Positions 16,757 through 25,975 of a stretch of DNA of 64,000 bases are shown here, in pieces. The DNA comes from a virus, in IMG/VR virus record IMGVR_UViG_3300032296_002405, positions 4,219 through 68,218 of that record. The stretch is one strand, 5' to 3'. The translations under genes were made by a program, and so were the position numbers. Under the pieces are notes generated by a model. It did not search any database. It saw only the letters and a list, made by a program, of their open reading frames with translations, and was not told where the DNA came from. Position 1 is the stretch's first letter. Every line of letters starts with the position of its first letter.

Positions 16757-16921
16757 TCAATCCTCAGGAGGACTGATCCAGTGCAGGAATGCAATGACTG
16801 TTCCGTAGAAGCCAATCACCAGTCCTACATACCACCATCTGCTGTAGCCAAGGATAATCATCGCCGTTGACAAAGCCAACAACAGGGCAAAGAAAATAAG
16901 GATATAAGGTTGTTTAATCAT
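16757..16921 (-). CDS. Small 2-TM membrane protein (54 aa, not in ORF track)
   Basis: MIKQPYILIFFALLLALSTAMIILGYSRWWYVGLVIGFYGTVIAFLHWISPPED; ATGA overlap with upstream gene. Confidence 0.55.
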   Translation of the reverse strand: MIKQPYILIFFALLLALSTAMIILGYSRWWYVGLVIGFYGTVIAFLHWISPPED

Positions 16922-17184
16922 AGTATCGCGGTTATGAATGATTCAGACCATATGCCTGACAAACTACCAAAGGCAGCACCCAACGAATAGGATACCCGGT
17001 CCAAGGTTGAACCGAATACAATTTTTTTCACATTGAAAGACCATATGAAACTTATCATAAATGAAGCCAACAGGACTCCTATGTACATCCTATTGATAAG
17101 GAAACATAAGTTCAGTGATACAAAGAATACCTGAATATAACCTGTAAAAAACAGATGTAAAGAGTTCTTATTCCTCATAGTCAA
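16918..17184 (-). CDS. Small multi-TM membrane protein
   Basis: 88 aa, about 3 hydrophobic helices, AT-rich. Confidence 0.6.
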   Translation of the reverse strand: MTMRNKNSLHLFFTGYIQVFFVSLNLCFLINRMYIGVLLASFMISFIWSFNVKKIVFGSTLDRVSYSLGAAFGSLSGIWSESFITAIL

Positions 17185-18022
17185 AGTTCAATTGATATGT
17201 GGTTTCATTCTTTGGATTCATATCGTTCACACCGCAAAATCCATTGCATTCCATAAGAGGTTGAACCTTTCGTTCTGGCATGTCATCAATACACTTCAAG
17301 TCTGGATACGATGGATGTTTCTTGAGGAAGACAAGCTTGTTTCCTGTCTCTACAGCATGATTGCTCTGATCCTTTAGCATTGTCACAGGCTGTCCTTTGG
17401 CATCGGTAAGTTCATGTTCAAGCAACGCCATCCTATCGAACTTGTCCGGGAATTCCCGTCTCATCTTCTGCCAGTAACCTATCCCTCCTTGAATACATCC
17501 GGTCTTAAAGCAATTGTTGTTTTGGAACCCATACATGTACATTCTGGGTATTTCAATTCCGACATTTTTGACGTATTCGATACAATCGGTTTTGTCCATA
17601 CCCATCATGATCAGCGGAAACACAGGTTTGGTCTTGGGATGATTAAGCTTCATGGACATGGCTCGATTGAACTCCTTCTTTTCAAACTCGAAACCGAATA
17701 CCTGATAATCGTATTGGTTTTCCCTCTGCCACCTTTCCCTTACAACCCTCTTCAATTCATAACTGCATATCGCACCGGTTGCCACATTAAGAGAGTTGAA
17801 CTTCCTCCATACGGATTCTATTGAATCGAACTTGCCGGTCTTTATGACTTGGATGGGTTTGCCATACCACTTCTCGCAATCAGACTTGAACCTATAGGTA
17901 TCATCGTCCTCATTCATGGTATCCATCATGATGAACTCACAAGCATCGCCCCATAAGTCCTGCGCTATCTTACAAGCAACTGCCGAGGTTATGCCTCCAC
18001 TCCACCAACAAATAACCCTCAT
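17168..18022 (-). CDS. PAPS-reductase family (adenine nucleotide alpha-hydrolase fold) protein
   Basis: PP-loop WWSGGITSAVA; CSYELK; GFQNNNCFKTGCIQGG and ECNGFC Cys motifs typical of phage members. Confidence 0.8.
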   Translation of the reverse strand: MRVICWWSGGITSAVACKIAQDLWGDACEFIMMDTMNEDDDTYRFKSDCEKWYGKPIQVIKTGKFDSIESVWRKFNSLNVATGAICSYELKRVVRERWQRENQYDYQVFGFEFEKKEFNRAMSMKLNHPKTKPVFPLIMMGMDKTDCIEYVKNVGIEIPRMYMYGFQNNNCFKTGCIQGGIGYWQKMRREFPDKFDRMALLEHELTDAKGQPVTMLKDQSNHAVETGNKLVFLKKHPSYPDLKCIDDMPERKVQPLMECNGFCGVNDMNPKNETTYQLNFDYEE

Positions 18023-18120
18023 ACCGAGGTCGGCCTCCCCACCTCAGTCATTGTCTTGATTCGCTCCGATTCAACGAAGTTGAGCCACTTATAAGCCCGG
18101 AAGAATAGTTTCAGTACCAT
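18019..18120 (-). CDS. 33 aa peptide filling the operon gap
   Basis: MVLKLFFRAYKWLNFVESERIKTMTEVGRPTSV, ATGA overlap with start 18022. Confidence 0.4.
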   Translation of the reverse strand: MVLKLFFRAYKWLNFVESERIKTMTEVGRPTSV

Positions 18121-18406
18121 TTCTAATGCGTTTAGACCACTCTTCGATGGTCTCGTTGTCTACAAATTCAATTGTGGAGAACTCCTCGATCCGCTCGTTG
18201 TTGTCCTCAAGCCACCTGTTGACCCTTCGCATCTCATCGAGACACTTCTTCTGCCACTTCAACTTTTGACCGGGAGACTTTCCCATCAGCAGTGGATCGT
18301 TCATAGCCATCACAGCGGCGTACTGGCTCTTGCGAAGCGATTCTGCGAGTTCCTTGTAGGTTATCTCCGTGGGAGATGGCTTCTTGCTTTTTGCTATTAC
18401 AAACAT
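18089..18406 (-). CDS. Hypothetical protein
   Basis: 105 aa ORF in operon. Confidence 0.65.
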   Translation of the reverse strand: MFVIAKSKKPSPTEITYKELAESLRKSQYAAVMAMNDPLLMGKSPGQKLKWQKKCLDEMRRVNRWLEDNNERIEEFSTIEFVDNETIEEWSKRIRNGTETILPGL

Positions 18407-18600
18407 CTTATCAGTGATATTATATGTCTTGGCGATTTGTTAAGTATCTGTGCCAATTGCAACATCTGGTCTATCCGCATCCTTTTTGGATTGGTAAGCA
18501 ACCTGTACAATTGCATCCTTGTAATACCCATCTTCAGGGCAATCTCGTCTCTGGTCCGACCGCTTCGGGTCACCAGGTTATTCAATACGCTTGTTCTCAT
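18397..18600 (-). CDS. XRE/Cro-like HTH regulator
   Basis: TRDEIALKMGITRMQLYRLL...IDQMLQLAQIL helix-turn-helix pattern. Confidence 0.8.
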   Translation of the reverse strand: MRTSVLNNLVTRSGRTRDEIALKMGITRMQLYRLLTNPKRMRIDQMLQLAQILNKSPRHIISLIRCL

Positions 18601-18607
18601 AGTGGGG

Positions 18608-18724
18608 CAAATATATACAAAACAATCAAATGTGTAACAAATTATGTGATATAAAAATAATCAACCTATAAATCAATATGTTACATTTTACCTTGCTGAA
18701 ACATAACTTTATTTGTTACATTTG
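18608..18724. promoter_or_regulatory. Divergent promoter pair with three TGTWACA operator-like boxes
   Basis: TATATTTG on - (18608-18615), TACATTTG on + (18717-18724); TGTAACA 18633, TGTTACA 18679 and 18714. Confidence 0.65.
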
Positions 18725-18729
18725 CCGAC

Positions 18730-18930
18730 ATGAGTATTGAAGACTACAACCGCAAGATCATGCAAGGTCGCATGGTCAAGGTGGAACGGAACGAAACGAT
18801 CCGTGGAAGCATCAACCATATGTTGATAGCATCGTTGAAAGAGTATTGGGCGGAAAACGGATACCCTAGCGAAGAGGACTACATCAGACACACCAAACAC
18901 ATAAGGAAACATGAGAAAGCAAACTGCTAA
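18730..18930 (+). CDS. Hypothetical protein
   Basis: 66 aa ORF directly after promoter. Confidence 0.6.
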   Translation: MSIEDYNRKIMQGRMVKVERNETIRGSINHMLIASLKEYWAENGYPSEEDYIRHTKHIRKHEKANC

Positions 18931-19135
18931 CATATTCGTACACGACCCTGACAAAAACTTCACCGTAGACATGCAGGCCGAGTTCATCATCCATGACGAT
19001 GACCAAGTCAACCACCACGAAGCCGAACTGGTTTCCTATACCATCACCAACATGAAGGAACTCCGTGACGAAGACCTTTCGTTCATGGATATTGAATATG
19101 TATCAAACAATTATCAATTAGACAATGGAGAATAA
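18911..19135 (+). CDS. Hypothetical acidic protein
   Basis: 74 aa ORF overlapping neighbours. Confidence 0.6.
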   Translation: MRKQTANIFVHDPDKNFTVDMQAEFIIHDDDQVNHHEAELVSYTITNMKELRDEDLSFMDIEYVSNNYQLDNGE

Positions 19136-19622
19136 ACTCACACACTGGAGGGTCTACAAGAACCCGAACTACCTAGGGGCATATGTGCTACAACCGGGAG
19201 AAGAACTGATACTAACCATCAAATCCGCCGGAATGGAAACAATCGTGAACGCGGAAGGCAAGAAAGAAGATGAACTGGTCATCCACTTCAAAGAGGATTA
19301 CAAGCCGATGATCGTCAACTCGACCAACGCAAAGACCATCAGCAAACTGCTCAAGACACCATATGTGGAGCAATGGAACGGACACAAAATCCAAATCTAC
19401 GCCCGTCGCATCCGTGCTTTCGGTGAAGAAGTCGATGCACTACGCATCCGGGACTTCCTACCCAAGGTAGAACAGATAGACCCGGCAAAAGCCATTGCAT
19501 CCATCATGGCGTGTGCCTCGTTGGATGAACTAAAGAAAACATATTCTAGCCTGACCAAGGAAGAACAAGGACACCCCGATGTGGTAAAGGCAAAGGACAA
19601 AAGGAAAGGAGAGGTAAAGTAA
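19125..19622 (+). CDS. Putative ssDNA-binding/annealing protein of the recombination module
   Basis: THW...NPNYLGAY...KPMIVNSTNAKTI...EQWNG...DALRIR family, seen beside YqaJ exonucleases; function inferred from context. Confidence 0.55.
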   Translation: MENKLTHWRVYKNPNYLGAYVLQPGEELILTIKSAGMETIVNAEGKKEDELVIHFKEDYKPMIVNSTNAKTISKLLKTPYVEQWNGHKIQIYARRIRAFGEEVDALRIRDFLPKVEQIDPAKAIASIMACASLDELKKTYSSLTKEEQGHPDVVKAKDKRKGEVK

Positions 19623-19846
19623 TGGCATTCGTATCATCACAATACTCCATCATCATCGAAGAGAAAATCTGCGAAGGAGATGCCGTATACATCATCGACC
19701 TTGACAAAATCGGCATCGTTGACGACCTGATATACCTTGAAGGTGGCATCGTAATGGTTGCCATCGAACTCGAAGACACATTCATATTGACACCGATAGA
19801 CGACGAAAACCTGATAAACCTTGACTATGATCATACACGAAGTTGA
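19622..19846 (+). CDS. Hypothetical acidic protein
   Basis: 74 aa coupled ORF. Confidence 0.55.
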   Translation: MAFVSSQYSIIIEEKICEGDAVYIIDLDKIGIVDDLIYLEGGIVMVAIELEDTFILTPIDDENLINLDYDHTRS

Positions 19847-20432
19847 GCAAGGCTCATACGAATGGCATCAGCTACGGCTGGGCAAGATAACATCCACACG
19901 ACTGAAAAAAGTCCTTGCCAAAGACAACCTCTCCTTGGTTGACGAAATCATCGCGGAATCGGAAACGGGATTCGCCGACGAAGATGGTTTTGTCTCCGAG
20001 GAGATGCAACGAGGCATAGACCTTGAACCCGTAGCCATCAAAGAATACGAATCCCTTACCGGTACTACCGTGACCCGCTACGGCTTTCTCCAGTCAGACC
20101 GCCTACCCATCCTGTGCCAATCACCCGACGGCTATGTCGGAACGACAGGAGCAGTCGAGGTGAAATGCCCCAAGACCAAGACGCATATCAAATACATCCG
20201 TCAAGGCAAAATACCAAACGACTACAAGGAACAGATATGGTGCTACTTCATGGTCAACCCTGCGTTGCAATGGCTTGACTTCATCAGTTACGATCCACGG
20301 CTTGCGAAGAAACCGATATGGATTCTACGCATAAACCGCGGAGATATTGCCGAGGAACTCGATACGGCTTGGGCGGAACTGGAAAAGTTCAACGAGAAAC
20401 TATTGAGTTACCAGGAGGAGTTGTTCTTCTGA
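19827..20432 (+). CDS. YqaJ/lambda-exonuclease family nuclease
   Basis: EQGSYEWHQLRLGKITS, MQRGIDLEP, SPDG, VEVKCP, DFISYDPR. Confidence 0.9.
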   Translation: MIIHEVEQGSYEWHQLRLGKITSTRLKKVLAKDNLSLVDEIIAESETGFADEDGFVSEEMQRGIDLEPVAIKEYESLTGTTVTRYGFLQSDRLPILCQSPDGYVGTTGAVEVKCPKTKTHIKYIRQGKIPNDYKEQIWCYFMVNPALQWLDFISYDPRLAKKPIWILRINRGDIAEELDTAWAELEKFNEKLLSYQEELFF

Positions 20433-20437
20433 TAGGA

Positions 20438-20527
20438 TGTCGGTTGGCGTAAACGAAAATGAATATCGTCTGAGGGTAACGCCCCTATTAACTTAGGGAG
20501 ATGCGGGTTCGACTCCCGCACCGACAA
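20438..20527 (+). tRNA. Atypical tRNA-like element (enlarged D-loop, non-canonical anticodon loop)
   Basis: Acceptor TGTCGGT/ACCGACA, T-arm GCGGG-TTCGACT-CCCGC, D-stem GCGT/ACGC, anticodon-position stem CCCTA/TAGGG with a 6-nt loop; no encoded CCA. Confidence 0.6.
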
Positions 20528-20656
20528 CTAATCATGCGGAGAATAATCATCGTATTCTACGCATAACTACGATATTGGCGCTACGCACCCTTTGGGGTAT
20601 AATGAATGATAAATCAGCACTAACAGTACCCAAATGGGTGTAAAACCAATGCCCCT

Positions 20657-20857
20657 ATGACACCGCACCAAACAGCACAAAAACTGTTCGACACACATAC
20701 CGAGGCTTCCAAAAACGCCATCATCGGAACATACCTTGCACTCAAGGAAGTCAAGGACAAAATGGATTCCCTAATGGAAGAAAACAAACTAGAACAAATC
20801 GGATACTGGTACAAAGTACAATCGTTAATCAAAACCATATACAATGGAGACAATTGA
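20657..20857 (+). CDS. Hypothetical protein
   Basis: 66 aa, MTP...YWxxV small phage protein pattern. Confidence 0.6.
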   Translation: MTPHQTAQKLFDTHTEASKNAIIGTYLALKEVKDKMDSLMEENKLEQIGYWYKVQSLIKTIYNGDN

Positions 20858-21494
20858 ATTCAAATACAAAAAACTTCGTGTCGCTCAAGACTTGAATAAA
20901 AGAACAATCGGTCAAATAGGTATGAGACTGCTTCGTAAAGGTGAAGATGGAACATTCATCATGCCCTCAGAAATTGAGATTGCCGCATACATAAATGATT
21001 TAGCTGAAAAAAGACTGATAAAGCACTATATCCTACAAGGAGAATACGAAAACATATACCTGTTTGACAACGATGAATTAATTGCTGAGTTGGACATACA
21101 AGAGGTTGAAGCTAAAAAAACAACCGAGTTTGTGAAAATCCAGTGTTATGATAAGAAAGTAAGTCACTCCGACAATGTACCAATTGAAATAAGCAAAATC
21201 GAAGAACTGTACCGTATACCTAAAACCTTGTTCCATTCCGGAACATGTATTTACTTCTTGTGCCGGGAGGGGAAAGTTGTATATGTCGGACAAGCCGAAA
21301 ATGTACACTCCCGTTTAATAGAACATCATAAGACAAAAAACTTTGATGATGTTTTTTACATTCGTGTGTCAGCGAACAAAATGAACAAGATTGAAAGCGC
21401 ATTGATTGCCCACTTGCTTCCAGAGTACAACCAAACATGTCTATCGATGGATAATCAAAAACGGTCATTGGCAGAAGGTATACTGAACATTTAA
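20844..21494 (+). CDS. GIY-YIG domain protein
   Basis: CIYFL...VVYVGQA...SRLIEH...IESALI...PEYN in the C-half. Confidence 0.75.
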   Translation: METIEFKYKKLRVAQDLNKRTIGQIGMRLLRKGEDGTFIMPSEIEIAAYINDLAEKRLIKHYILQGEYENIYLFDNDELIAELDIQEVEAKKTTEFVKIQCYDKKVSHSDNVPIEISKIEELYRIPKTLFHSGTCIYFLCREGKVVYVGQAENVHSRLIEHHKTKNFDDVFYIRVSANKMNKIESALIAHLLPEYNQTCLSMDNQKRSLAEGILNI

Positions 21495-21510
21495 TAACTT
21501 GATATATACA

Positions 21511-21750
21511 ATGAAAACAACAACTCTAATCGCAATCGCCCTATTGGGTCTGGCATCGTGCCGTAAATGTGAAACCTGTACCACCAAGGTTACAACAGAG
21601 GCTCCCGGTACAATCTATGACAACACCGCCACATCAACGGCAGAAGTATGCGGATCGGATGAAATCAGAGCAGCCGAAGGAACCGTCACATCAACCGCCA
21701 CATCAGGATCGGTAACAGTTACAACAACATCGGTTACAACCTGCCAATGA
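21511..21750 (+). CDS. Small Thr-rich lipoprotein
   Basis: MKTTTLIAIALLGLAS-C lipobox; CxxCxxC...C...C. Confidence 0.7.
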   Translation: MKTTTLIAIALLGLASCRKCETCTTKVTTEAPGTIYDNTATSTAEVCGSDEIRAAEGTVTSTATSGSVTVTTTSVTTCQ

Positions 21751-21986
21751 ACTTCCCATACGATGCCAAAGTAAAAGTAACCGCCATCCAATACAGGATG
21801 GAGGTATACCACGAAGGATTCGTATTCCTTGTATTCATAGGCGAATACAACCACAGTCCGTTGATCGAAAACATCCGTATCCTCACCGACAAGGACGAGT
21901 GGAGAAAACTCAAATATTCAGTAAAGCATCACATCACAAACCAGGTCGAACAAATCGCACACGAATGGATGATGGTCAACCTATGA
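21747..21986 (+). CDS. Hypothetical protein
   Basis: 79 aa coupled ORF. Confidence 0.6.
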   Translation: MNFPYDAKVKVTAIQYRMEVYHEGFVFLVFIGEYNHSPLIENIRILTDKDEWRKLKYSVKHHITNQVEQIAHEWMMVNL

Positions 21987-23061
21987 CCCTTCCGTTCATA
22001 ACCTTGCGCTGAACGACATTGAATGTGCCGTCATTGTCAAGCAACTCCACGGTCGCAAACCCATGACCGTGGTTGTTGTATGGCATATAGTCCGGATGCA
22101 AATCGCACAACGCACCGTTTATCCAACACGCATGGATCTCGTCAACCAAATTCTTCTTTTCATAGTAAGCCTGTTGATGCCAGTGGCCACACATCACATT
22201 CACACCCGACTTGCGTAACACCTTTTCGGCTACATTCATACTGCCACCAATACGCAACTGGTGTCCGTGCATGATGTACAACTTTCCATACTTCACTACC
22301 CTGTCCTCTGGCAACCATTGGATACACAATTGCTCAAGTCCAAGCACCTTCTCCAACTCATAATCACCCGACAACTGAGGCGCTTGTCTGACCAAATACT
22401 GCTTCACCCAGTTCTCATGGTTGCCCTCAAGATACAATATCGGAATCTTGGGGAACAACACCCTCAGACTGCTGAAAAACGCCCTAGCCACCTCCAACTC
22501 CTGACCCCATGTGTAACGCATAGGCTTCCTCTGACTGTGCCGCGTCAGATTGGAACAGTCAAGGACATCACCGTTCAATATCAACGCATCTATGTTCCGA
22601 TCCTTCAAGTACGATGCCGTAGCCATCAGAGCGGTCCGGTCATGCAACGGCAAGTGTATATCACTCATCACACCAACGAACTTACCGATACCAGACGCAT
22701 CAAACATAGCCGGATGGTCAGCCAAGCTCTCAGGTATCTCAAAGAACACCTTGTTCAAATCCAACACACCAAGTGGATCGTTGTCCAACGGCTCATGAAC
22801 GAACACCCTCTGAGCCTCCTCGATGTTACCCATCATGCTCTGGGCAATACCATCCAAATCAGGAGCGAACCTTGGCTTCAACTTGCCAGACCTCGTATGT
22901 ATGATGTATTTCTCAACGGTATATATCGAATGCTCCGTTTCAGGATGAACCTTCATAAACAACTCGGCAACATTCCAAGCCGTCAAATTGCTCAACGACC
23001 CATCGGCATCACCCTTGGTTACGAATTCGTAAATCCTATCCTTTATGCTTGGCAATCTCAT
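21976..23061 (-). CDS. Calcineurin-like metallophosphoesterase
   Basis: SDIH, GDVLD, GNHE, HGH, GHWH motifs. Confidence 0.9.
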   Translation of the reverse strand: MRLPSIKDRIYEFVTKGDADGSLSNLTAWNVAELFMKVHPETEHSIYTVEKYIIHTRSGKLKPRFAPDLDGIAQSMMGNIEEAQRVFVHEPLDNDPLGVLDLNKVFFEIPESLADHPAMFDASGIGKFVGVMSDIHLPLHDRTALMATASYLKDRNIDALILNGDVLDCSNLTRHSQRKPMRYTWGQELEVARAFFSSLRVLFPKIPILYLEGNHENWVKQYLVRQAPQLSGDYELEKVLGLEQLCIQWLPEDRVVKYGKLYIMHGHQLRIGGSMNVAEKVLRKSGVNVMCGHWHQQAYYEKKNLVDEIHACWINGALCDLHPDYMPYNNHGHGFATVELLDNDGTFNVVQRKVMNGRVIG

Positions 23062-23413
23062 CGGTTATGTGTTGTATCAGGTAAGAAATCATATACGCAT
23101 AGCTCTCCTCACTGCTCTTGGTCAACGGTTGGTTCACATACCGGAAATGCTGGGCAACCACATGGAACACCTCGTGTGCCAAAGTACCCACCTTTGGAAC
23201 CTCCGTAAACTGTACGACGAAATGACCGGGAAGCGAATCCTCCAGGTTATAGGTCATAGCCTCATCGTTCTGATGCACGGAAAAATAATCCTTCGGAAAT
23301 GTATGCAGTTTCTTCCTGTTCCGATTCAGCTTCTTGCTGATCTCTTTAGGCTCAACCCCTATGAAAATGTGTAACTTAAAAGGTCTTTCAGGATGGTCGA
23401 TGTAAACATACAT
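23036..23413 (-). CDS. Small zincin-like (HExxH) protein
   Basis: TLAHEVFHVV...EESYAY. Confidence 0.7.
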   Translation of the reverse strand: MYVYIDHPERPFKLHIFIGVEPKEISKKLNRNRKKLHTFPKDYFSVHQNDEAMTYNLEDSLPGHFVVQFTEVPKVGTLAHEVFHVVAQHFRYVNQPLTKSSEESYAYMISYLIQHITDEIAKHKG

Positions 23414-23428
23414 ATTACAAAAGTAACC

Positions 23429-24112
23429 TCACCATAGGGTCATATCCAAGGCTTCAGGGAAATTAACCATCAGCCAATCCCAACCATCACCCATCTGATT
23501 ACCCCTGTTCCAATACGCATCGAAACGATACGCACTTGTCCACTTATAATACGATATACCCATCACTGGAAAAGCAGTCTGGTCATATACCCTGATCCGA
23601 TAACCCGAATCCTTTAAATTGGTCATAATAGACCACTCCAAATCCCCATCCATCGTCTCGTTGAACGGACACCCATCAAAAGCCCTTACAACAGCCCTTG
23701 TCAGCACCAAACCACTACTCCTTGGATTAGACCCCTTGTTATCCACTAAAAGCCTCCCATACCTTCCGTAATGCAGATAATACTTGTTGCTCGGAGCGAA
23801 CCCATCGTATGAACCCATGTTGGTACACGCATAATGCAGATACCCCTGACCATACCAGTCAGAGGCATTTCCCATCACATAAAAATCCGGATCGTACTTG
23901 TGCATCGCATACGACCATCCCACATTACACTTCATCCCCAATGGTCGGTTCGGATGATACACCCAATCCCCGCCCATACTCCTGACCAAATCCTCAGCCT
24001 CCGAATCCGACCCGACACATACCACCTTGCAACCTATCGCCAACAACCTGTCCATAGTCCAAGCCAAAAGGCTCAAACGACCATGAACAGGTATGATGAC
24101 ACATAGATTCAT
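23429..24112 (-). CDS. Glycosyltransferase family 2-like protein (divergent)
   Basis: CVIIPVHGR start, PLGMKCNVGW; DxD position reads NASD, so it may be degenerate. Confidence 0.6.
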   Translation of the reverse strand: MNLCVIIPVHGRLSLLAWTMDRLLAIGCKVVCVGSDSEAEDLVRSMGGDWVYHPNRPLGMKCNVGWSYAMHKYDPDFYVMGNASDWYGQGYLHYACTNMGSYDGFAPSNKYYLHYGRYGRLLVDNKGSNPRSSGLVLTRAVVRAFDGCPFNETMDGDLEWSIMTNLKDSGYRIRVYDQTAFPVMGISYYKWTSAYRFDAYWNRGNQMGDGWDWLMVNFPEALDMTLW

Positions 24113-24126
24113 GGGATCAAATGTAA

Positions 24127-24798
24127 CTATTCACGTTGTAATAACCTATAGACCGATCCGTTACTCCACCTACCCTTTCCAGATGGAGTGCCAAATCCAC
24201 CCTCGTTAAGCCTCTGAACAATCACACGAATCTTCGCTCCGTTCTGATGCAACTCACGGGCGTAGTTAATTGCCCTTACATTGTCAGGATTCTTTTTACT
24301 ATCACGAATCCGCACTTCATTAGCCAACATCCGATACTCCTCAAGCCAAGGCTTTCTGCCACCATTGGGATTCGATACGCCAAGCATCTTACCCCTCTCC
24401 TTGGCACTCTTGAGCGCACCCTTGGTTCGTATGCTTATCAACTCCCTCTCCCTCTCGGCAAAGGCAAAGAACAATGTCAACATGAACTTGTCAGGCTCTC
24501 CGGGAAGGTCGCAGAACCTGATCCTCCCCTTGAGCCTATCAAGTATGTCCAACCCATCCTTCGTGCTTCGTGTCAACCTATCAACCTTAGCCACCACCAA
24601 GACCATATCGTGCTTGAGACAATACTCAATAGCCTCGGCTAATATCGGTCTATCTTGGATGTTCTTGCCCGACCTCACCTCCACAAACTCCCTATGGATG
24701 TCGGGATAAAAGTGCTTGACTATATCCCTCTGAGCCTGTAACCCCAGTCCCGAATCCCCTTGCCTTTTCGTACTTACCCTTGCGTAGAGACAATACAT
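24127..24798 (-). CDS. Small serine recombinase (resolvase family) with C-terminal DNA-binding domain
   Basis: YARVST catalytic Ser, SGLGLQAQ, DRLTR, ERELISIRTK, LNEGGFGTPSGKGRW. Confidence 0.9.
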   Translation of the reverse strand: MYCLYARVSTKRQGDSGLGLQAQRDIVKHFYPDIHREFVEVRSGKNIQDRPILAEAIEYCLKHDMVLVVAKVDRLTRSTKDGLDILDRLKGRIRFCDLPGEPDKFMLTLFFAFAERERELISIRTKGALKSAKERGKMLGVSNPNGGRKPWLEEYRMLANEVRIRDSKKNPDNVRAINYARELHQNGAKIRVIVQRLNEGGFGTPSGKGRWSNGSVYRLLQRE

Positions 24799-24980
24799 AT
24801 CAAATCCTTTTTAGTTCCACTGGCACGAATCAACCTGATACGATACACCTTGCCATCAACCGATGTAAATTCAATAGTCCCTTGATGGTTCTGCCGTTTA
24901 ATCTTGTCCGTTACCCAAGTTCTTGTTCTTCCAATAATACGGGCGAAATCCGCCCGTGTGCATATTATGTTATTCTCCAT
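24774..24980 (-). CDS. Small HTH/excisionase-like protein
   Basis: TRADFARIIGRTRTWVT; directly upstream of the recombinase. Confidence 0.55.
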   Translation of the reverse strand: MENNIICTRADFARIIGRTRTWVTDKIKRQNHQGTIEFTSVDGKVYRIRLIRASGTKKDLICIVSTQG

Positions 24981-25134
24981 AGACTGCCAAATTTATAATT
25001 TTAGTTTCAATTAACACTCCAGACTTATATCCATATCTCACCATGTGGATGCACCATCGCATCAACCTCGTAGTCGGTACATTACCAATAGCCTTCTGAT
25101 ACTCCTCATAAGTCACCTTCCTTGTGAACGGCAT
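24970..25134 (-). CDS. 54 aa hypothetical (not in ORF track)
   Basis: MPFTRKVTYEEYQKAIG...; preceded by GAGGAGGT. Confidence 0.45.
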   Translation of the reverse strand: MPFTRKVTYEEYQKAIGNVPTTRLMRWCIHMVRYGYKSGVLIETKIINLAVYGE

Positions 25135-25277
25135 ACATACCTCCTCACTACTGCCTTGAGCAGTTTCCTTTCATATTTAGGATGTTCATTAGCCACCATG
25201 TCAACGGCATGGTACTGGGTGTAAGCCAGTACCGAGCCGATGCGTCTGCCATCGTAGTAAATGTCATAGGTCTCCAT
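25113..25277 (-). CDS. 54 aa hypothetical (not in ORF track)
   Basis: METYDIYYDGRRIGSVLAYTQYHAVD...; preceded by AAGGAGGT. Confidence 0.55.
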   Translation of the reverse strand: METYDIYYDGRRIGSVLAYTQYHAVDMVANEHPKYERKLLKAVVRRYVCRSQGR

Positions 25278-25758
25278 GACCCACCTCCTTCCGTATCAAG
25301 TCTGCAACCACCTTTGCCACACTCGGTGAATGACCTCCGATGTGCCATTCAATAGTCTCGTCCAAGTCCAGTACACGGTACTCCTTCCAATCGTATACCG
25401 TGAACACATCGCCATTGGCAGTCTCCATACACCACTCGAAATTGGTCTTGTCCTCCCCATCATTGGTCGCACACAATGGTTCACCGAGGATACCGGTCAA
25501 CTCGTTCACCGATGCCTTCACAATCGCTCCGTGCCAACTCGTACCGATGGCTTTGCTACCATGTACCTCCACGAATCCGATCCGTATCGGTTGGGTATGG
25601 ATGGTATTGCTCGTATCGTCTGCGATGTACACACACACCTTATTGTAATCCTCGCAGTAGTGGTAGTCGAATGTCCCATCCGACTCCCAACAATCAGGCT
25701 CTTGTGGGTTCATTTCGTACACAATCCACTCGCCTTGGTATCCGAATTCAATTGTCAT
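25264..25758 (-). CDS. Hypothetical early protein
   Basis: 164 aa; DKTNFEW...FTVYDWK...WHIGG recurrent phage motif; strong SD. Confidence 0.75.
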   Translation of the reverse strand: MTIEFGYQGEWIVYEMNPQEPDCWESDGTFDYHYCEDYNKVCVYIADDTSNTIHTQPIRIGFVEVHGSKAIGTSWHGAIVKASVNELTGILGEPLCATNDGEDKTNFEWCMETANGDVFTVYDWKEYRVLDLDETIEWHIGGHSPSVAKVVADLIRKEVGHGDL

Positions 25759-25975
25759 TGGTCACCTCCTTTCTCTTGTAATCGTCCGAAGCATACGCCT
25801 CAATTACATAATGAATTGTCTCCATTACATGACTATTTGTCAATGCCCCGTTCAGCACCTCTTGTGCCTCTTGTTCGTTGCACTCAAACCTATCCATCAC
25901 ATCATCAATGTGCCATAGGTTGTCCACATAATACCCTGCTTCACGCAGTACTTGTTTTGCTTGTTCAGTTGTCAT
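25748..25975 (-). CDS. Hypothetical early protein
   Basis: 75 aa, NLWHIDDV motif, overlapping neighbours. Confidence 0.7.
   Translation of the reverse strand: MTTEQAKQVLREAGYYVDNLWHIDDVMDRFECNEQEAQEVLNGALTNSHVMETIHYVIEAYASDDYKRKEVTNDN

Noticed and set aside
22261-23208. 315 aa antisense ORF over the phosphoesterase (likewise 37385..38152, 53324..54226, 25330..26052)
   Set aside because: Same shadow effect opposite clearly real genes.
25148-25348. 66 aa ORF-track call on the - strand
   Set aside because: A better SD-led ORF in another frame (25113..25277) explains the region.
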